DNA of 64,000 bases from a virus (taxonomy: Duplodnaviria > Caudoviricetes), in the IMG/VR virus record IMGVR_UViG_3300025909_000005; one strand, 5' to 3'. Positions 8,658 to 18,428 of the stretch are shown one piece after another. Both the position numbers and the translations under genes were made by a program. The first letter of the stretch is position 1. The number at the start of each line of letters is the position of its first letter. A model generated the notes under the pieces. It did not search any database. It was not told the origin of the DNA and saw only the letters and a list, made by a program, of their open reading frames with translations.

Positions 8658-8686
8658 AAATATGTCTCTCAGGATCATGATATTTA
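8657..8686. promoter_or_regulatory. Two face-to-face late promoters
   Basis: TAAATA on + at 8657-8662 and on - at 8681-8686, between divergent genes. Confidence 0.6.
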
Positions 8687-8723
8687 CGCACTGGGCCAAA
8701 CGCCCGCCGGGACACCCATCAGG

Positions 8724-11522
8724 ATGGCAGTAGAAGACGACATTCTCAAGGTTCTACAACGAATCGAGAAGGCCTTTGGTAACTCAAGCGCTACCATTGG
8801 TGGGGGTGGCGGCGTCAATCGTCGCGTGCTTCCAACCGGCCAAAGTGTAGGCGCTGATTCAGCGAAGGCGCAGCAGCTTTCCAAGAAGGATCAAGCCGAC
8901 CAGAGCAAGCACTTCAAGGCCACAACCAAGTCGTTGACCGACCTTGGAGACGTAGCTGACGCCCTCGGCAAGCAGTTCAACGGCCTCGGTAAGACGGTTT
9001 TCAACACTCGCGCGAACTTCGTGCAGATGAACCGCTCGATGCGCGCCTACGTCAAGGGCGTCGCGGGTGGAGCAAGTGGTGGCGGTGGTGAGACCATTAG
9101 CCAAGCCGATGTCAAGAAGGCAGCAGCTGGTCCAGCGCGGACAGGTGGTCGCACTGGCGGGGGCGGTGGTGGCGGTGGTGTACTTGACCTGCTTCACGCT
9201 GACGCGGGTGGCAGCGGTGTAAAGCGCATTCTCGGCTCGGTCATTCAGCAGACGTTCAAGCCTGCTGGTCAAATGGTTAAGACTGCCGAAGGCGACACTG
9301 TTGAACAGATCCTGTCTTTCGGTAAGAAGTACGAAGTCACAGCTGCATCCATCGTAGGTGTTGGCACCGCACTCGTCAAGGCAGTAAAGCCGCTCGCTGA
9401 GGACTTCCTCTTCCTTCAGAGCCAGTCGTTCAACGCTGGCTCGTCAATGATTGACCTCTACAAGAACGCTGCTGCAGCGGGTATGTCACTGAAGGACTAC
9501 ACCAAGCTCCTTCAAGAGAACAACTCGCTGCTGACCCGTTCAGCTTCGATTGACGACTTCAACAAGAAGATTCAGGGAACAGTTCAAAGCCTGAACAGCT
9601 TCGGCATCTTTGGTGAGCAGGCCACGGCTCTCGCGGCAACGTTCGCCAACTCTGCCACGATGGTCGGTGTTGCTCAAGGCAACCTCGATCAAGTCAGCCG
9701 TCCTCTTGAGAAGATGTTTGAGACCCTGGCGACGAACGTCGGTCTCACAGCTGATCAATTCAGGGAGATGACGAAGACGCTCGCTGACAACGAGGACATT
9801 CAAGACTCCCTCATCGGCCTTGCAAAGAAGGACCGTGCGGCGCGCTTCGTTGAGTACGTTCAGACGCAGACTCTCGGTCTTGCAATGGGCGGCACCGTCA
9901 AGCAGTCGAATGCACTTGCTCAGGCCCTGCTTGACCAGCGCAAGGCCTCCGTTCAAGACACGTTCCAGCAGTCAGGCACCCTCAGCCAAGCTGGCGCCAT
10001 CTTCGGTATGGACCCCGGCCAAATCGAAGCCGCTCGCCGCATCTCATTGAAGTCAGAGGCAACTCAGACTGAACAAGAAAAGACACTGCTCGCCAACGTT
10101 ACTGGTGAGCTCGATCAGCGCCTCTCAGCTGCTGAGAACAGCAACGACCTGAACACTCGTAACATCGCCCAGTCGCTGCGGGCCGGTCTTGGCAACCTTG
10201 GTAAGATTGGTCAGGCACGAGCTCGCATCGGCCTTGCTGCTGACTCTGGCGACAACCAAGGCGTGAACAAGGACTTCACACGTGGAGTTGACAAGTTCGG
10301 TGAGTTCGTAGGTCAGCTGACGACATGGGGCAAGGGCCTCGCGGCCAATCCAATCGCTGAGGCCATCATTGGTGGCGTCACCTCCGGTCTGACGACGCTC
10401 ATTGGCACGAAGGTTGGCGCCAACATCTTTGGTCGCATCTTCGGCAAGGGCACGGCCGCAGCTACTGGCGATGCAGCCAATGTCGGTAAGTTCTTCACTG
10501 AATCCGAGAAGGCAGCTCAGGCAGCGACCACTGCTGGAGCAGAAGCCACTGCGGCTGCCGAAGGTGCGGCTGCAACGGGTGAAGCTGCCGTCGCAGTTGA
10601 CGCGGCTGCTGTTACGGCTTCGACTGGAATTGGAACTGCTCTTGGCACGTTTGGCAAGATCCTGGCAAAGGGACCAATCATTGCTGCCTTCGTGGACGGC
10701 ATTGAAGAGGCGTTCACCGGCGCCCTTGCAAATGCACTCGACCCAAATGGCGGCCTTTTCGGGCGCATTGAAGGCGTCGCGATCGCAGCCTTCTCAGCCA
10801 TTCCGCAGATGCTCATTGATGCCTTGTCCTGGGCGATCGGCCCAGATGCGCTCAAGCCAATCCAGCACTACTTTGACATGTTCAAGACCGGCCTCGCCTT
10901 CGGCATCAACACGCTCATCTTCGGTTTGCTTCACGCCATCTCGTTCGTCACCGACCTCTTGCCAAAGGATTCTGGTCTTCGCAAGATGGTTGAGAATGGT
11001 CAAGAGACGTTTGCAGCCGCGATGTCCGCGAATGAAGAGACGATGGCGAAGCTGCAGGACGGCAACGACAAAACTCTCAAGGAAGTTGGTGATGCCAACA
11101 AGGCAGCAGCAAAGGTTGCAACTACCACTGCGAGCGCCGCCACGGCAAACATCCAGCAGGCGGCAGGCGTTCTCACGAGTACAAACAATCTCGCCGGCTC
11201 TGTGCTTACAACGGCTCAAGGTATCGCTGCTTCACCAGCTGCACAAACTCGCCCAAGTGTCAATTCGGGAGCTGTAAATACGCCAGCAAATGGAACCAAC
11301 CCAGATGGAACTCCAGCGATTGCGACCGCTCCTGGTACGACAACCACAGGAGCGCCTGCTGCTCCTGACATGCCAACTCAACTGGCTCAGGTGATCCAGC
11401 TTCTTACGAAGATGTTGGACAGCGAACAAGCACAGGCAAGTGGTCTTACGTCTCTGGCTTCTGCTCTTGGTCGCCCAACGTTCACGGACAACACCGCTGT
11501 TGCCGCGAACCTCATCATGTAA
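8724..11522 (+). CDS. Tape-measure-like tail/baseplate hub protein
   Basis: About 930 aa, Ala/Gly-rich and helical, with hydrophobic segments in the C-terminal half; between hub genes and portal; ATG after AGG. Confidence 0.6.
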   Translation: MAVEDDILKVLQRIEKAFGNSSATIGGGGGVNRRVLPTGQSVGADSAKAQQLSKKDQADQSKHFKATTKSLTDLGDVADALGKQFNGLGKTVFNTRANFVQMNRSMRAYVKGVAGGASGGGGETISQADVKKAAAGPARTGGRTGGGGGGGGVLDLLHADAGGSGVKRILGSVIQQTFKPAGQMVKTAEGDTVEQILSFGKKYEVTAASIVGVGTALVKAVKPLAEDFLFLQSQSFNAGSSMIDLYKNAAAAGMSLKDYTKLLQENNSLLTRSASIDDFNKKIQGTVQSLNSFGIFGEQATALAATFANSATMVGVAQGNLDQVSRPLEKMFETLATNVGLTADQFREMTKTLADNEDIQDSLIGLAKKDRAARFVEYVQTQTLGLAMGGTVKQSNALAQALLDQRKASVQDTFQQSGTLSQAGAIFGMDPGQIEAARRISLKSEATQTEQEKTLLANVTGELDQRLSAAENSNDLNTRNIAQSLRAGLGNLGKIGQARARIGLAADSGDNQGVNKDFTRGVDKFGEFVGQLTTWGKGLAANPIAEAIIGGVTSGLTTLIGTKVGANIFGRIFGKGTAAATGDAANVGKFFTESEKAAQAATTAGAEATAAAEGAAATGEAAVAVDAAAVTASTGIGTALGTFGKILAKGPIIAAFVDGIEEAFTGALANALDPNGGLFGRIEGVAIAAFSAIPQMLIDALSWAIGPDALKPIQHYFDMFKTGLAFGINTLIFGLLHAISFVTDLLPKDSGLRKMVENGQETFAAAMSANEETMAKLQDGNDKTLKEVGDANKAAAKVATTTASAATANIQQAAGVLTSTNNLAGSVLTTAQGIAASPAAQTRPSVNSGAVNTPANGTNPDGTPAIATAPGTTTTGAPAAPDMPTQLAQVIQLLTKMLDSEQAQASGLTSLASALGRPTFTDNTAVAANLIM

Positions 11523-11531
11523 GGAACGCCC

Positions 11532-13268
11532 TTGGCACAGCTCCAAAACTACTGGCGCATTATTACGCCAGCATCACGTAAGCAGTTGTATACGACACTG
11601 TCGGTAGACGCCTACGATCCGCGCACCACTGACAACTCGTCGATGACGTCCGTGCAGTGGTACTCACAGGTTCTTCGTGGTCTAGGTACTCGTCAAGCGA
11701 ACTACAAGCAGTACGATGCCATGGACATGGACATCGACATCAACCGCTCTCTCGACATCATCGCTGAGGAAATGTCTGGCAAGGACGAGAAGACCGGTTT
11801 GCCGTTCGAGATCGAGTACCAGAAGGAAGACAACCAAGACATCAGCGACACGACTGCTGTCACCCTTCGCCAGGCTGTCCGCCAGTGGTCGTCCACGCAG
11901 GACCTGAACAAGCGCATCTTCTCGATCGCCCGTCAGATGGTCAAGTACGGTGACTGCTTCTTCCGCAAGGTCTCTGACACTCAGAAGTGGGCGGCCGTTG
12001 ATCCATCTCTGGTGCACGGCATTGAGATCGACATGCTCGGCAACAAGATCGCCTATCACTTGAAGAAGCCAACGAACAACACGTTCTACGGTTCCAAGAA
12101 CGAGCAGATGGAAGTGGTGCCAGCCTCGGCCATGATTCACTTCACGCTGTCTGACGACATGGGCGACTCAGCACCGTTCGGTAACTCCGTGCTCCGCCCA
12201 ATTCACCGCGTCTACCGCCAGCTCTCCATGCTGGAAGACGCCGTCATCATCTACCGCATCGTTCGCGCACCTGAGCGTCGCCTGTTCTACATCGACGTCG
12301 GCAACATGCCACCTCAGCGCGTGAAGCAGTACCTCGAACAGATCAAGAACGAGATGCGACAGAAGCGGATCCCGGGTGTGAACGGTGGCAAGGACACCGT
12401 CGACGGTCAGCTTGACCCAATGTCCATTCAGGAAGACATGTTCTTCCCTGTCACCGCAGGTGGCCGTGGCTCACGCGTTGAGACCCTGCCTGGCGGCACT
12501 GAGGACTTCGGTACGAACCTGATCAAGCTGTTCCAAGACAAGATCTTCCGCGGTCTCCGCATCCCAACCTCGTACATGACTGGTACGGATGGTCAGGGTG
12601 CGCAGTACAACGACGGCAAGGTCGGTATTGCCTACATCGAGGAACTGCGCTTCGCTCAGTTCATTCGTCGTATGCAGGACCGCCTCGATGAGATCTTCGA
12701 CGAAGAGTTCAAGATCTACCTGAAGGTTCTCGGTCTGAAGGTCGATGATGAGATCTTCCGCATCAAGCTCCCAGATCCAGCCAATTTCGCCCTGTACCGT
12801 CAGGCCGCCCTTGACGCTGACCTGATTGGTTCGTTCAACAACATTGCCGCTGAGAAGACCTTGAGCCGCCGCTTCATCCTGAAGCGCTACCTCGGCCTGA
12901 CCGACGACGAGATCCAGATGAACGAAGTGATGCTCAAGGAAGAGCGTGGCATCCTCGAGAACGCCAACATCCCATCGATCCAGCAGATGTACGACCCAGC
13001 CGTCTACGACAACCGTGAAGCTCTCACGGTCGAGGCTGCGTCTCCTGATGCTCCTCAAGGTTCTGGCCCATCGGCCGGTGGAGATGAGGGCGGTGGTGGC
13101 GGTGGAGGAGGCGGGGAGACCGGCTTCTTCGATGAGACCGGTGGCGGTGGAGGTGAAGAAGGTGGTGGAGGTGGAGGTGGAGGTGAAGAAGCCGCTCCTG
13201 AAACTGGAGGCGCCCCAACTCCTGCACCTGCTCCGGCCCCAGCAACAGCACCTGGCCCATCGGCATGA
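11532..13268 (+). CDS. gp20: Portal protein (T4 gp20-like) with Gly/Glu/Pro low-complexity tail
   Basis: LSMLEDAVIIYRIVRAPERRLFYIDVGNMPPQRVKQYL, GRGSRVETLPGG, RGLRIPTSY, YIEELRFAQFIRRMQ. Confidence 0.95.
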   Translation: MAQLQNYWRIITPASRKQLYTTLSVDAYDPRTTDNSSMTSVQWYSQVLRGLGTRQANYKQYDAMDMDIDINRSLDIIAEEMSGKDEKTGLPFEIEYQKEDNQDISDTTAVTLRQAVRQWSSTQDLNKRIFSIARQMVKYGDCFFRKVSDTQKWAAVDPSLVHGIEIDMLGNKIAYHLKKPTNNTFYGSKNEQMEVVPASAMIHFTLSDDMGDSAPFGNSVLRPIHRVYRQLSMLEDAVIIYRIVRAPERRLFYIDVGNMPPQRVKQYLEQIKNEMRQKRIPGVNGGKDTVDGQLDPMSIQEDMFFPVTAGGRGSRVETLPGGTEDFGTNLIKLFQDKIFRGLRIPTSYMTGTDGQGAQYNDGKVGIAYIEELRFAQFIRRMQDRLDEIFDEEFKIYLKVLGLKVDDEIFRIKLPDPANFALYRQAALDADLIGSFNNIAAEKTLSRRFILKRYLGLTDDEIQMNEVMLKEERGILENANIPSIQQMYDPAVYDNREALTVEAASPDAPQGSGPSAGGDEGGGGGGGGGETGFFDETGGGGGEEGGGGGGGGEEAAPETGGAPTPAPAPAPATAPGPSA

Positions 13269-13702
13269 CCCTTCTTCTTGAAGTAACCTCAGGTTTCACC
13301 TACAAGATGGTGCGTGGGCCTGAGCTCTACGAGAAGCTCTGGCACCTGCCGGAGAATGAGGAGCTGCACAAGCGGATCAAGTACCTGTCAAGTGGTTACA
13401 GCGACTACAAGGAAGAGATTGACTGGCTCTGTCTTGAGGGTAGGAAGATTGTCGGCGTAGCCGGATTCAAGAACAACCCGTACGACAAGAACGACATGTG
13501 GATCACCTTCATCTCAGTCGATCCTGACTATCGGGAGAAGGGAATTGGCCAAGAGCTCGCCCGAAAGGTCATTCAGTTCGCAGCCAAGCACAAGCTCTCT
13601 GTCACACCATCTAGCTACACGGCCATGGGCCAGAAGTCTCTCAAGAAAATCATCGATTCTGAGGCTGAAAAGCTCGGTGTAACAGTGAACAAAGAAGGCT
13701 GA
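13265..13702 (+). CDS. GNAT-family acetyltransferase
   Basis: WITFISVDPDYREKGIGQELARKV (acetyl-CoA motif A). Confidence 0.85.
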   Translation: MTLLLEVTSGFTYKMVRGPELYEKLWHLPENEELHKRIKYLSSGYSDYKEEIDWLCLEGRKIVGVAGFKNNPYDKNDMWITFISVDPDYREKGIGQELARKVIQFAAKHKLSVTPSSYTAMGQKSLKKIIDSEAEKLGVTVNKEG

Positions 13703-13706
13703 TCCA

Positions 13707-13712
13707 TAAATA
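13707..13712 (+). promoter_or_regulatory. Late promoter TAAATA
   Basis: CCATAAATAC upstream of the protease gene. Confidence 0.65.
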
Positions 13713-13738
13713 CGGGATCTAACCCAGAAGGAATAAGC

Positions 13739-14359
13739 ATGAAGTCCATCCTCCTCGTTGAAGACCTGACCCCAGTTCAGACCGCTCTTCGCGAACAACG
13801 TACCGCCTCTGGCGAGCTCTTCCTGAACGGCATCATGATGCAGTCTGAGCTCAAGAACGGCAACGGCCGTGTCTACCCATTGGCTGAGATCTCCCGTGCG
13901 GTGGACGAAGCTGCAAAGCGAATCGCCGAAGGCAACCCGATCATGGGCGAGCTGAACCACCCTGACGTTCTCTCGATCAACCTGGACCGCGTCTCGCACA
14001 TCATCACCGAGGTCCGCATGGACGGCAACAACGCCATCGGCAAGATGAAGCTCCTGAACACCCCAACTGGCCAGATCGCCCGCGGTCTGATCGAAGGTGG
14101 TGCACGTCTAGGTGTCTCTTCCCGTGGTACCGGCAACGTGAACGAATCTGGCGCGGTCTCTGACTTTGCCTTCGTAACTGTCGACATCGTTTCCCAGCCA
14201 TCGGCACCTGACGCCTACCCGAACGTGGTTCGTGAGGCCATGGAGAACAAGAAGATCCTGAGCCTGGCAGAAGCCGTCGTTCACGATCCGAAGGCACAGG
14301 CCTACTTCAAGAAGGAAATGTCCCTGTTCCTCGAGGCCATCACCAAGGGTAAGAAGTGA
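13739..14359 (+). CDS. gp21: Prohead core protease (T4 gp21-like)
   Basis: NGNGRVYP, GELNHP, GVSSRGTG, TVDIVSQPSAPDAY. Confidence 0.95.
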   Translation: MKSILLVEDLTPVQTALREQRTASGELFLNGIMMQSELKNGNGRVYPLAEISRAVDEAAKRIAEGNPIMGELNHPDVLSINLDRVSHIITEVRMDGNNAIGKMKLLNTPTGQIARGLIEGGARLGVSSRGTGNVNESGAVSDFAFVTVDIVSQPSAPDAYPNVVREAMENKKILSLAEAVVHDPKAQAYFKKEMSLFLEAITKGKK

Positions 14360-14562
14360 ACCTCCAAGAAGCACGCAAGTTGGCTGGTCTCCAGGAAGCC
14401 AAGAACATGAAGAACCCAAAGGTCGATGCAATGGTCGAGAAGCTCATGGGTTCCTGGAAGAAGATGTCCGAGCCAGAGTGCCAGACAGAGGTTGCCAAGC
14501 AGCTTCGTGCGGCCTACTCTGAAGGCTACAAGGACGGCTACAACGATTCCCCGAAGAAATGA
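14356..14562 (+). CDS. Small hypothetical head-region protein
   Basis: MNLQEARKLAGLQEA; GTGA overlap. Confidence 0.5.
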   Translation: MNLQEARKLAGLQEAKNMKNPKVDAMVEKLMGSWKKMSEPECQTEVAKQLRAAYSEGYKDGYNDSPKK

Positions 14563-14888
14563 AGCTGCGTGAGCTGCACGAGAGCGCCCTCTCCAACATG
14601 AAGGCAGCTCACGCCGATCTCGTCGAGGCCGCGGAGAAGATCAAGAAGTGGATGCTTCAGTCCATGGAGAAGAAGGACTGGGATCTTGAGGGCATCAAGG
14701 ACAAGGAAGTCCATGTCTACCATGATGTCGATTACGGTTTCCTTATAGGACACGTCACTTGGCGCGGTAAGGACGATCCTGAACACATTGAACATTCCTA
14801 CACGGCAGTTTTCAACCTTGACGGCACCCTCTCAGCTGACACCAGCCACGGCTATGATCCGCCTCACGGGCTTGAAAAAGTCATATGA
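14559..14888 (+). CDS. Hypothetical protein, MKLRELHES tag
   Basis: Tag plus head-cluster position. Confidence 0.55.
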   Translation: MKLRELHESALSNMKAAHADLVEAAEKIKKWMLQSMEKKDWDLEGIKDKEVHVYHDVDYGFLIGHVTWRGKDDPEHIEHSYTAVFNLDGTLSADTSHGYDPPHGLEKVI

Positions 14889-15691
14889 AATTTACCGATC
14901 TCCTTGAAGCTTCCGAACCGAAGCAGAAAGTTGGCACTTCTAACTTTGCCAAGATGTCACGTGAGCAGAAGAAGGAGTACAAGGCCATCTATTCCATGCC
15001 TGACGACACCAAGGAAGACGAGGAGGCTCACTACGCCGCGCTGGCTGCCTACGAGGAAAAGTGGCAGATCGGCAAACACGCTAAGCCGACACCTCCCAAG
15101 TTCAAGATCGGTGACTTTGTTGAAGCCAAGGGGGAGCTCGGTGTCATCACGGGCATTGACCACCAGCCGCCAGACGAGCACAACGACTACGAGCAACCTG
15201 AGATTGGCTATGACATCAAGTCGTTCGATGGTGACATTTACGCCGATGAGTCTGCCGTAAAGAAGGCAGCACGTCCAAAGCTTGATGTACATCGCTTCAA
15301 CGGCACTTCACGTGGTGCACTGGACATTCTTCAGCGCGCCATCACTAGTGGTCTATCCTACCATCTTGGCGGAACCCCAAAGAAGAAAAGCAAAGGCACT
15401 TCTGCTCTGTCACGAATGCTTGACGACTACCACCACCTGCTAGGCAACTGGACTTTCCAGGTTGACAGGGATCCCGAACATAGCCATGCCTGGCTTATCA
15501 CTGTCGCAAACACCAAAACAAAGAAGTATTTCGTTGGAATCTTCTACACGAAGGACCACCCAGACTTTGATGAAGACGAGTTTGTGGACGGCTTTGGCTC
15601 CAGTGAGAAGCAAATTTTTAAGGCGCTCGAGCATGCAGGCAGCCGTGACATTGCCCGTGAGCTCTGGGAGTGCGGCTACACTCCGGAATGA
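14885..15691 (+). CDS. Hypothetical protein, MKFTDLLEAS tag, central SH3/KOW-like segment
   Basis: PKFKIGDFVEAKGELGVITGID. Confidence 0.55.
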   Translation: MKFTDLLEASEPKQKVGTSNFAKMSREQKKEYKAIYSMPDDTKEDEEAHYAALAAYEEKWQIGKHAKPTPPKFKIGDFVEAKGELGVITGIDHQPPDEHNDYEQPEIGYDIKSFDGDIYADESAVKKAARPKLDVHRFNGTSRGALDILQRAITSGLSYHLGGTPKKKSKGTSALSRMLDDYHHLLGNWTFQVDRDPEHSHAWLITVANTKTKKYFVGIFYTKDHPDFDEDEFVDGFGSSEKQIFKALEHAGSRDIARELWECGYTPE

Positions 15692-15705
15692 GCCCGCGCA
15701 ATCGA

Positions 15706-15711
15706 TAAATA
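15706..15711 (+). promoter_or_regulatory. Late promoter TAAATA
   Basis: GATAAATAG; AAGGA SD; ATG 15742. Confidence 0.65.
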
Positions 15712-15741
15712 GTTGCATCCCAACCTAACAAAGGATACACC

Positions 15742-15942
15742 ATGGCAGATCATGCTGAAAACCTGAAGTCGATGCTTCAAGACCTGATCAACGATCGTCA
15801 CGAACAAGCCATCGTCACGGTCCATGACTACGTCGTTGCAAAGACCCGCGAGATCACTGGCCTTGGCCAACCTGCGGTTCAAGTTGAGGATGACGACGTC
15901 GACCTCTCGGCTCTGGAAACTGACGGCTCGGACGACGAGTAA
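15742..15942 (+). CDS. Small acidic prohead-core-like protein
   Basis: 66 aa, acidic tail, late promoter, just before the scaffold gene. Confidence 0.5.
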   Translation: MADHAENLKSMLQDLINDRHEQAIVTVHDYVVAKTREITGLGQPAVQVEDDDVDLSALETDGSDDE

Positions 15943-15956
15943 CTCCCCCGCTATAG

Positions 15957-15996
15957 AAAATAGGCGAAAACGCACCGTTTTTACGCCTATTTTTTT
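15957..15996 (+). terminator. Intrinsic terminator-like hairpin
   Basis: AAAATAGGCG-AAAACG-cac-CGTTTT-ta-CGCCTATTTT followed by a T run. Confidence 0.6.
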
Positions 15997-16101
15997 GCAC
16001 GGTCCTATATAGAAAATGCAAACAATTTCAGGTTGTGAAACCTGTGTTGTCCAAGACGCGGCAGTGAAAGCTGTCCAACATCAACCACAGGAGAAAAGCA
16101 C

Positions 16102-17007
16102 ATGGACGAAATTCTGAACAAACTGCTTCAGTCCGAGCTTCTCAGCGAAGAAACAAAGGCTGAAATCTCCGAGCAATGGACCGCATCGGTCGAAGCCTTC
16201 AAGACCCAGGTCCGTGAAGAAGTTTCGGGTGAAGTGCGTGCAGAGCTCGCCAGCCAGTGGATTACCGAACGCGACGAGCTCATCAGCAAGGTTGATGAAT
16301 TCGTGGCCGAGGCGCTGACCAACGAAATCGAAGAACTCAAGGGTGACATCGAACGCTTCCGCGATCTGGAAGCCGAGTACGCTCTCAAGCTCGTCGAAGA
16401 AAAGCACAAGATGGCCGGCGAAGTCGCCCAGGAGCTTGACGCTCTTGTCGACAAGATCGACCAGTTCTTTGAGATGCGTCTCGCAGCCGAGATGGAAGAG
16501 CTCAAGGAAGACATCGAAGTAGTCAAGCAGAATGACTTCGGTCGCAAGATCTTTGAAGCATACGCTCAGACCTACGCAACCAACTATGTTGACGACGACT
16601 CGGTTCAGTCCAAGCTCGTTGTTGCTGAATCGAAGCTTGAAGAAGCCGAAGCTCAGCTTGCAGCTCTCGAAGAAGAGCGCAACAAGATGATTCGCGAAGC
16701 GAAGATGGAACAAGTTCTGTCGCCGCTGACTGGCAAGAAGCGCGAACAAATGGCCATGGTCCTCAAGAATGTGGACACTGGTCGTCTGGAAGAATCCTAC
16801 AAGTTCTTCATCAGCCGCATCCTCAAGGAAGACGACTCGTCGGCACCAGCCGCCAAGCCGCTGACCGAGGCTGCTAAGCCGGTTCAAACCACCGTTGCAA
16901 CGGGCGATAAGCCAGTTGCTCCAGCGCCTACTGACAGCGCTCCAACCGCTCTTCAAGAGCACCTGGCTCGCGTCCGCAGCCTCGCAGGTCTCACCAAGAC
17001 TGCCTAA
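16102..17007 (+). CDS. gp22: Prohead core scaffold protein (T4 gp22-like)
   Basis: Acidic coiled coil, FGRKIFEAY, directly upstream of the major capsid gene. Confidence 0.85.
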   Translation: MDEILNKLLQSELLSEETKAEISEQWTASVEAFKTQVREEVSGEVRAELASQWITERDELISKVDEFVAEALTNEIEELKGDIERFRDLEAEYALKLVEEKHKMAGEVAQELDALVDKIDQFFEMRLAAEMEELKEDIEVVKQNDFGRKIFEAYAQTYATNYVDDDSVQSKLVVAESKLEEAEAQLAALEEERNKMIREAKMEQVLSPLTGKKREQMAMVLKNVDTGRLEESYKFFISRILKEDDSSAPAAKPLTEAAKPVQTTVATGDKPVAPAPTDSAPTALQEHLARVRSLAGLTKTA

Positions 17008-17024
17008 CAAGGAGAAGTTCCAAA

Positions 17025-18293
17025 ATGACACTTATCGAAAACTGGTCTGAGACCAAAGAGGCCCTGCTCGAAGGACTCTCCGGCTCGAAGCGCACCATCG
17101 TCGCGACTCTGATGGAAAATCAGAAGAAGATCTTCGAAACGGCACCGGCTAACGCTGTCGTTTCTGCGGACGTAGCAACGTTCCAGAAGATCATGATTCC
17201 GATGATCCGCCGTATCATCCCTGGCACGATCGGCGGCGAGCTCGTCGGCGTTCAGCCAATGACCGGCCCAACGGGTCTGATCTACACGCTGCGTTTCGCA
17301 TTCGCAGAACCAGTTGATGCCCCAGGCACGCTGCACGACATCACGCCAGGTGACGAAGCTTTCGTCTACAACGGCAAGATGAAGCGCTTCTACTCGGCTG
17401 CCAATGTCGGCACCGCTGGCTACCCACCAAGCCTCACGGCCAACACGTCTGACGGTTTCGCCGCCAAGACTGAGGACTACGAAGGTTACGGCGGTCGTCA
17501 GATGCGCCTCTCCGTTCTGAAGCAAGCTGTCAACGTTGGCACCCGCAAGCTGCAAGCTCGCTGGACCATGGAAGCTGCGCAGGACATGAACGCACAGCAC
17601 GGCATCGACATCGAAAGCGAACTGACTGCAGCTCTCGCCGCTGAAATCGCCCACGAAATCGACAACGAAATCCTGACCGACCTGCTCGCTCTGGCTTCGA
17701 CGACGGCTACGTACGACTTCGCAAACCCAGCTCCAGGCTTCTCGCCGAACTACATCGGCGACCGTTACGCTGAACTCGGTATCCTGATCAACCAGATGGC
17801 CAACGAAATTGGTGCACGCACCAAGCGCGGTCCTGGTAACTGGATCGTCGGCGGTCACCTGATCACCTCCATCCTCCAATCCGGTTCGCGCTCGGTCTTC
17901 GCACCAGCAATCTCCGGTACGTTCGATGCTCCAACCGGCAACCGCCTGGTTGGTACCCTCAACGGTGGTATCAAGGTCTACACCTACAACTGGGGTCTGA
18001 ACGACAACTACGACTGGATGTCCGGTGGCGTGAACACTGCATCCGGCTCGACCGGTGAAGACGTTCTGATCGGTTACAAGGGCGGCAACTCGGAGCTCGA
18101 CTCCGGTTACTTCTACTGCCCATACGTGCCGCTCATGAGCACCGGCCAGGTCATGGACGCCAACACGTTCATGCCAGCAGTTTCGCTCTCGACTCGTTAC
18201 GGCAAGGCAACGTTCACGAACGCTGCAACGTCGTTCGGTAACTCCGCTGATTACTACGCTCGCGTACTGGTCCGCAACGTCGCTTTCTCGTAA
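17025..18293 (+). CDS. gp23: Major capsid protein (T4 gp23-like)
   Basis: ELVGVQPMTGPTGLIYTLRF, RKLQARWTMEAAQD, EIDNEIL, GYFYCPYVPL, TRYG. Confidence 0.97.
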   Translation: MTLIENWSETKEALLEGLSGSKRTIVATLMENQKKIFETAPANAVVSADVATFQKIMIPMIRRIIPGTIGGELVGVQPMTGPTGLIYTLRFAFAEPVDAPGTLHDITPGDEAFVYNGKMKRFYSAANVGTAGYPPSLTANTSDGFAAKTEDYEGYGGRQMRLSVLKQAVNVGTRKLQARWTMEAAQDMNAQHGIDIESELTAALAAEIAHEIDNEILTDLLALASTTATYDFANPAPGFSPNYIGDRYAELGILINQMANEIGARTKRGPGNWIVGGHLITSILQSGSRSVFAPAISGTFDAPTGNRLVGTLNGGIKVYTYNWGLNDNYDWMSGGVNTASGSTGEDVLIGYKGGNSELDSGYFYCPYVPLMSTGQVMDANTFMPAVSLSTRYGKATFTNAATSFGNSADYYARVLVRNVAFS

Positions 18294-18340
18294 AGCCTCG
18301 CACACAGATAAGAGCCCTCCTTCAGAGGGCCACCCTTCCA

Positions 18341-18366
18341 AAAGGACCTTCGGGTCCTTTTGTTTT
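18341..18366 (+). terminator. Intrinsic terminator (cUUCGg loop)
   Basis: AAAGGACC-TTCG-GGTCCTTT-TGTTTT after the capsid gene. Confidence 0.85.
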
Positions 18367-18376
18367 GCCCGGGCCT

Positions 18377-18405
18377 GTGTACATCTTGGTGGCCCTTGAT
18401 ATAAT
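18377..18405 (+). promoter_or_regulatory. Early sigma70-type promoter GTGTAC-N17-TATAAT
   Basis: GTGTAC 18377-18382, TATAAT 18400-18405. Confidence 0.75.
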
Positions 18406-18428
18406 GGTCTCAACAACTGGAGAACATC

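Noticed and set aside
8511-8723. Upstream extension of the tape-measure ORF
   Set aside because: Overlaps the divergent gp26-like gene and lies upstream of the late promoter; start placed at 8724.
11275-11280. TAAATA in the tape-measure gene (another at 30037-30042)
   Set aside because: Far from a start codon, with no hairpin or leaderless geometry; may serve the portal gene but unsupported.
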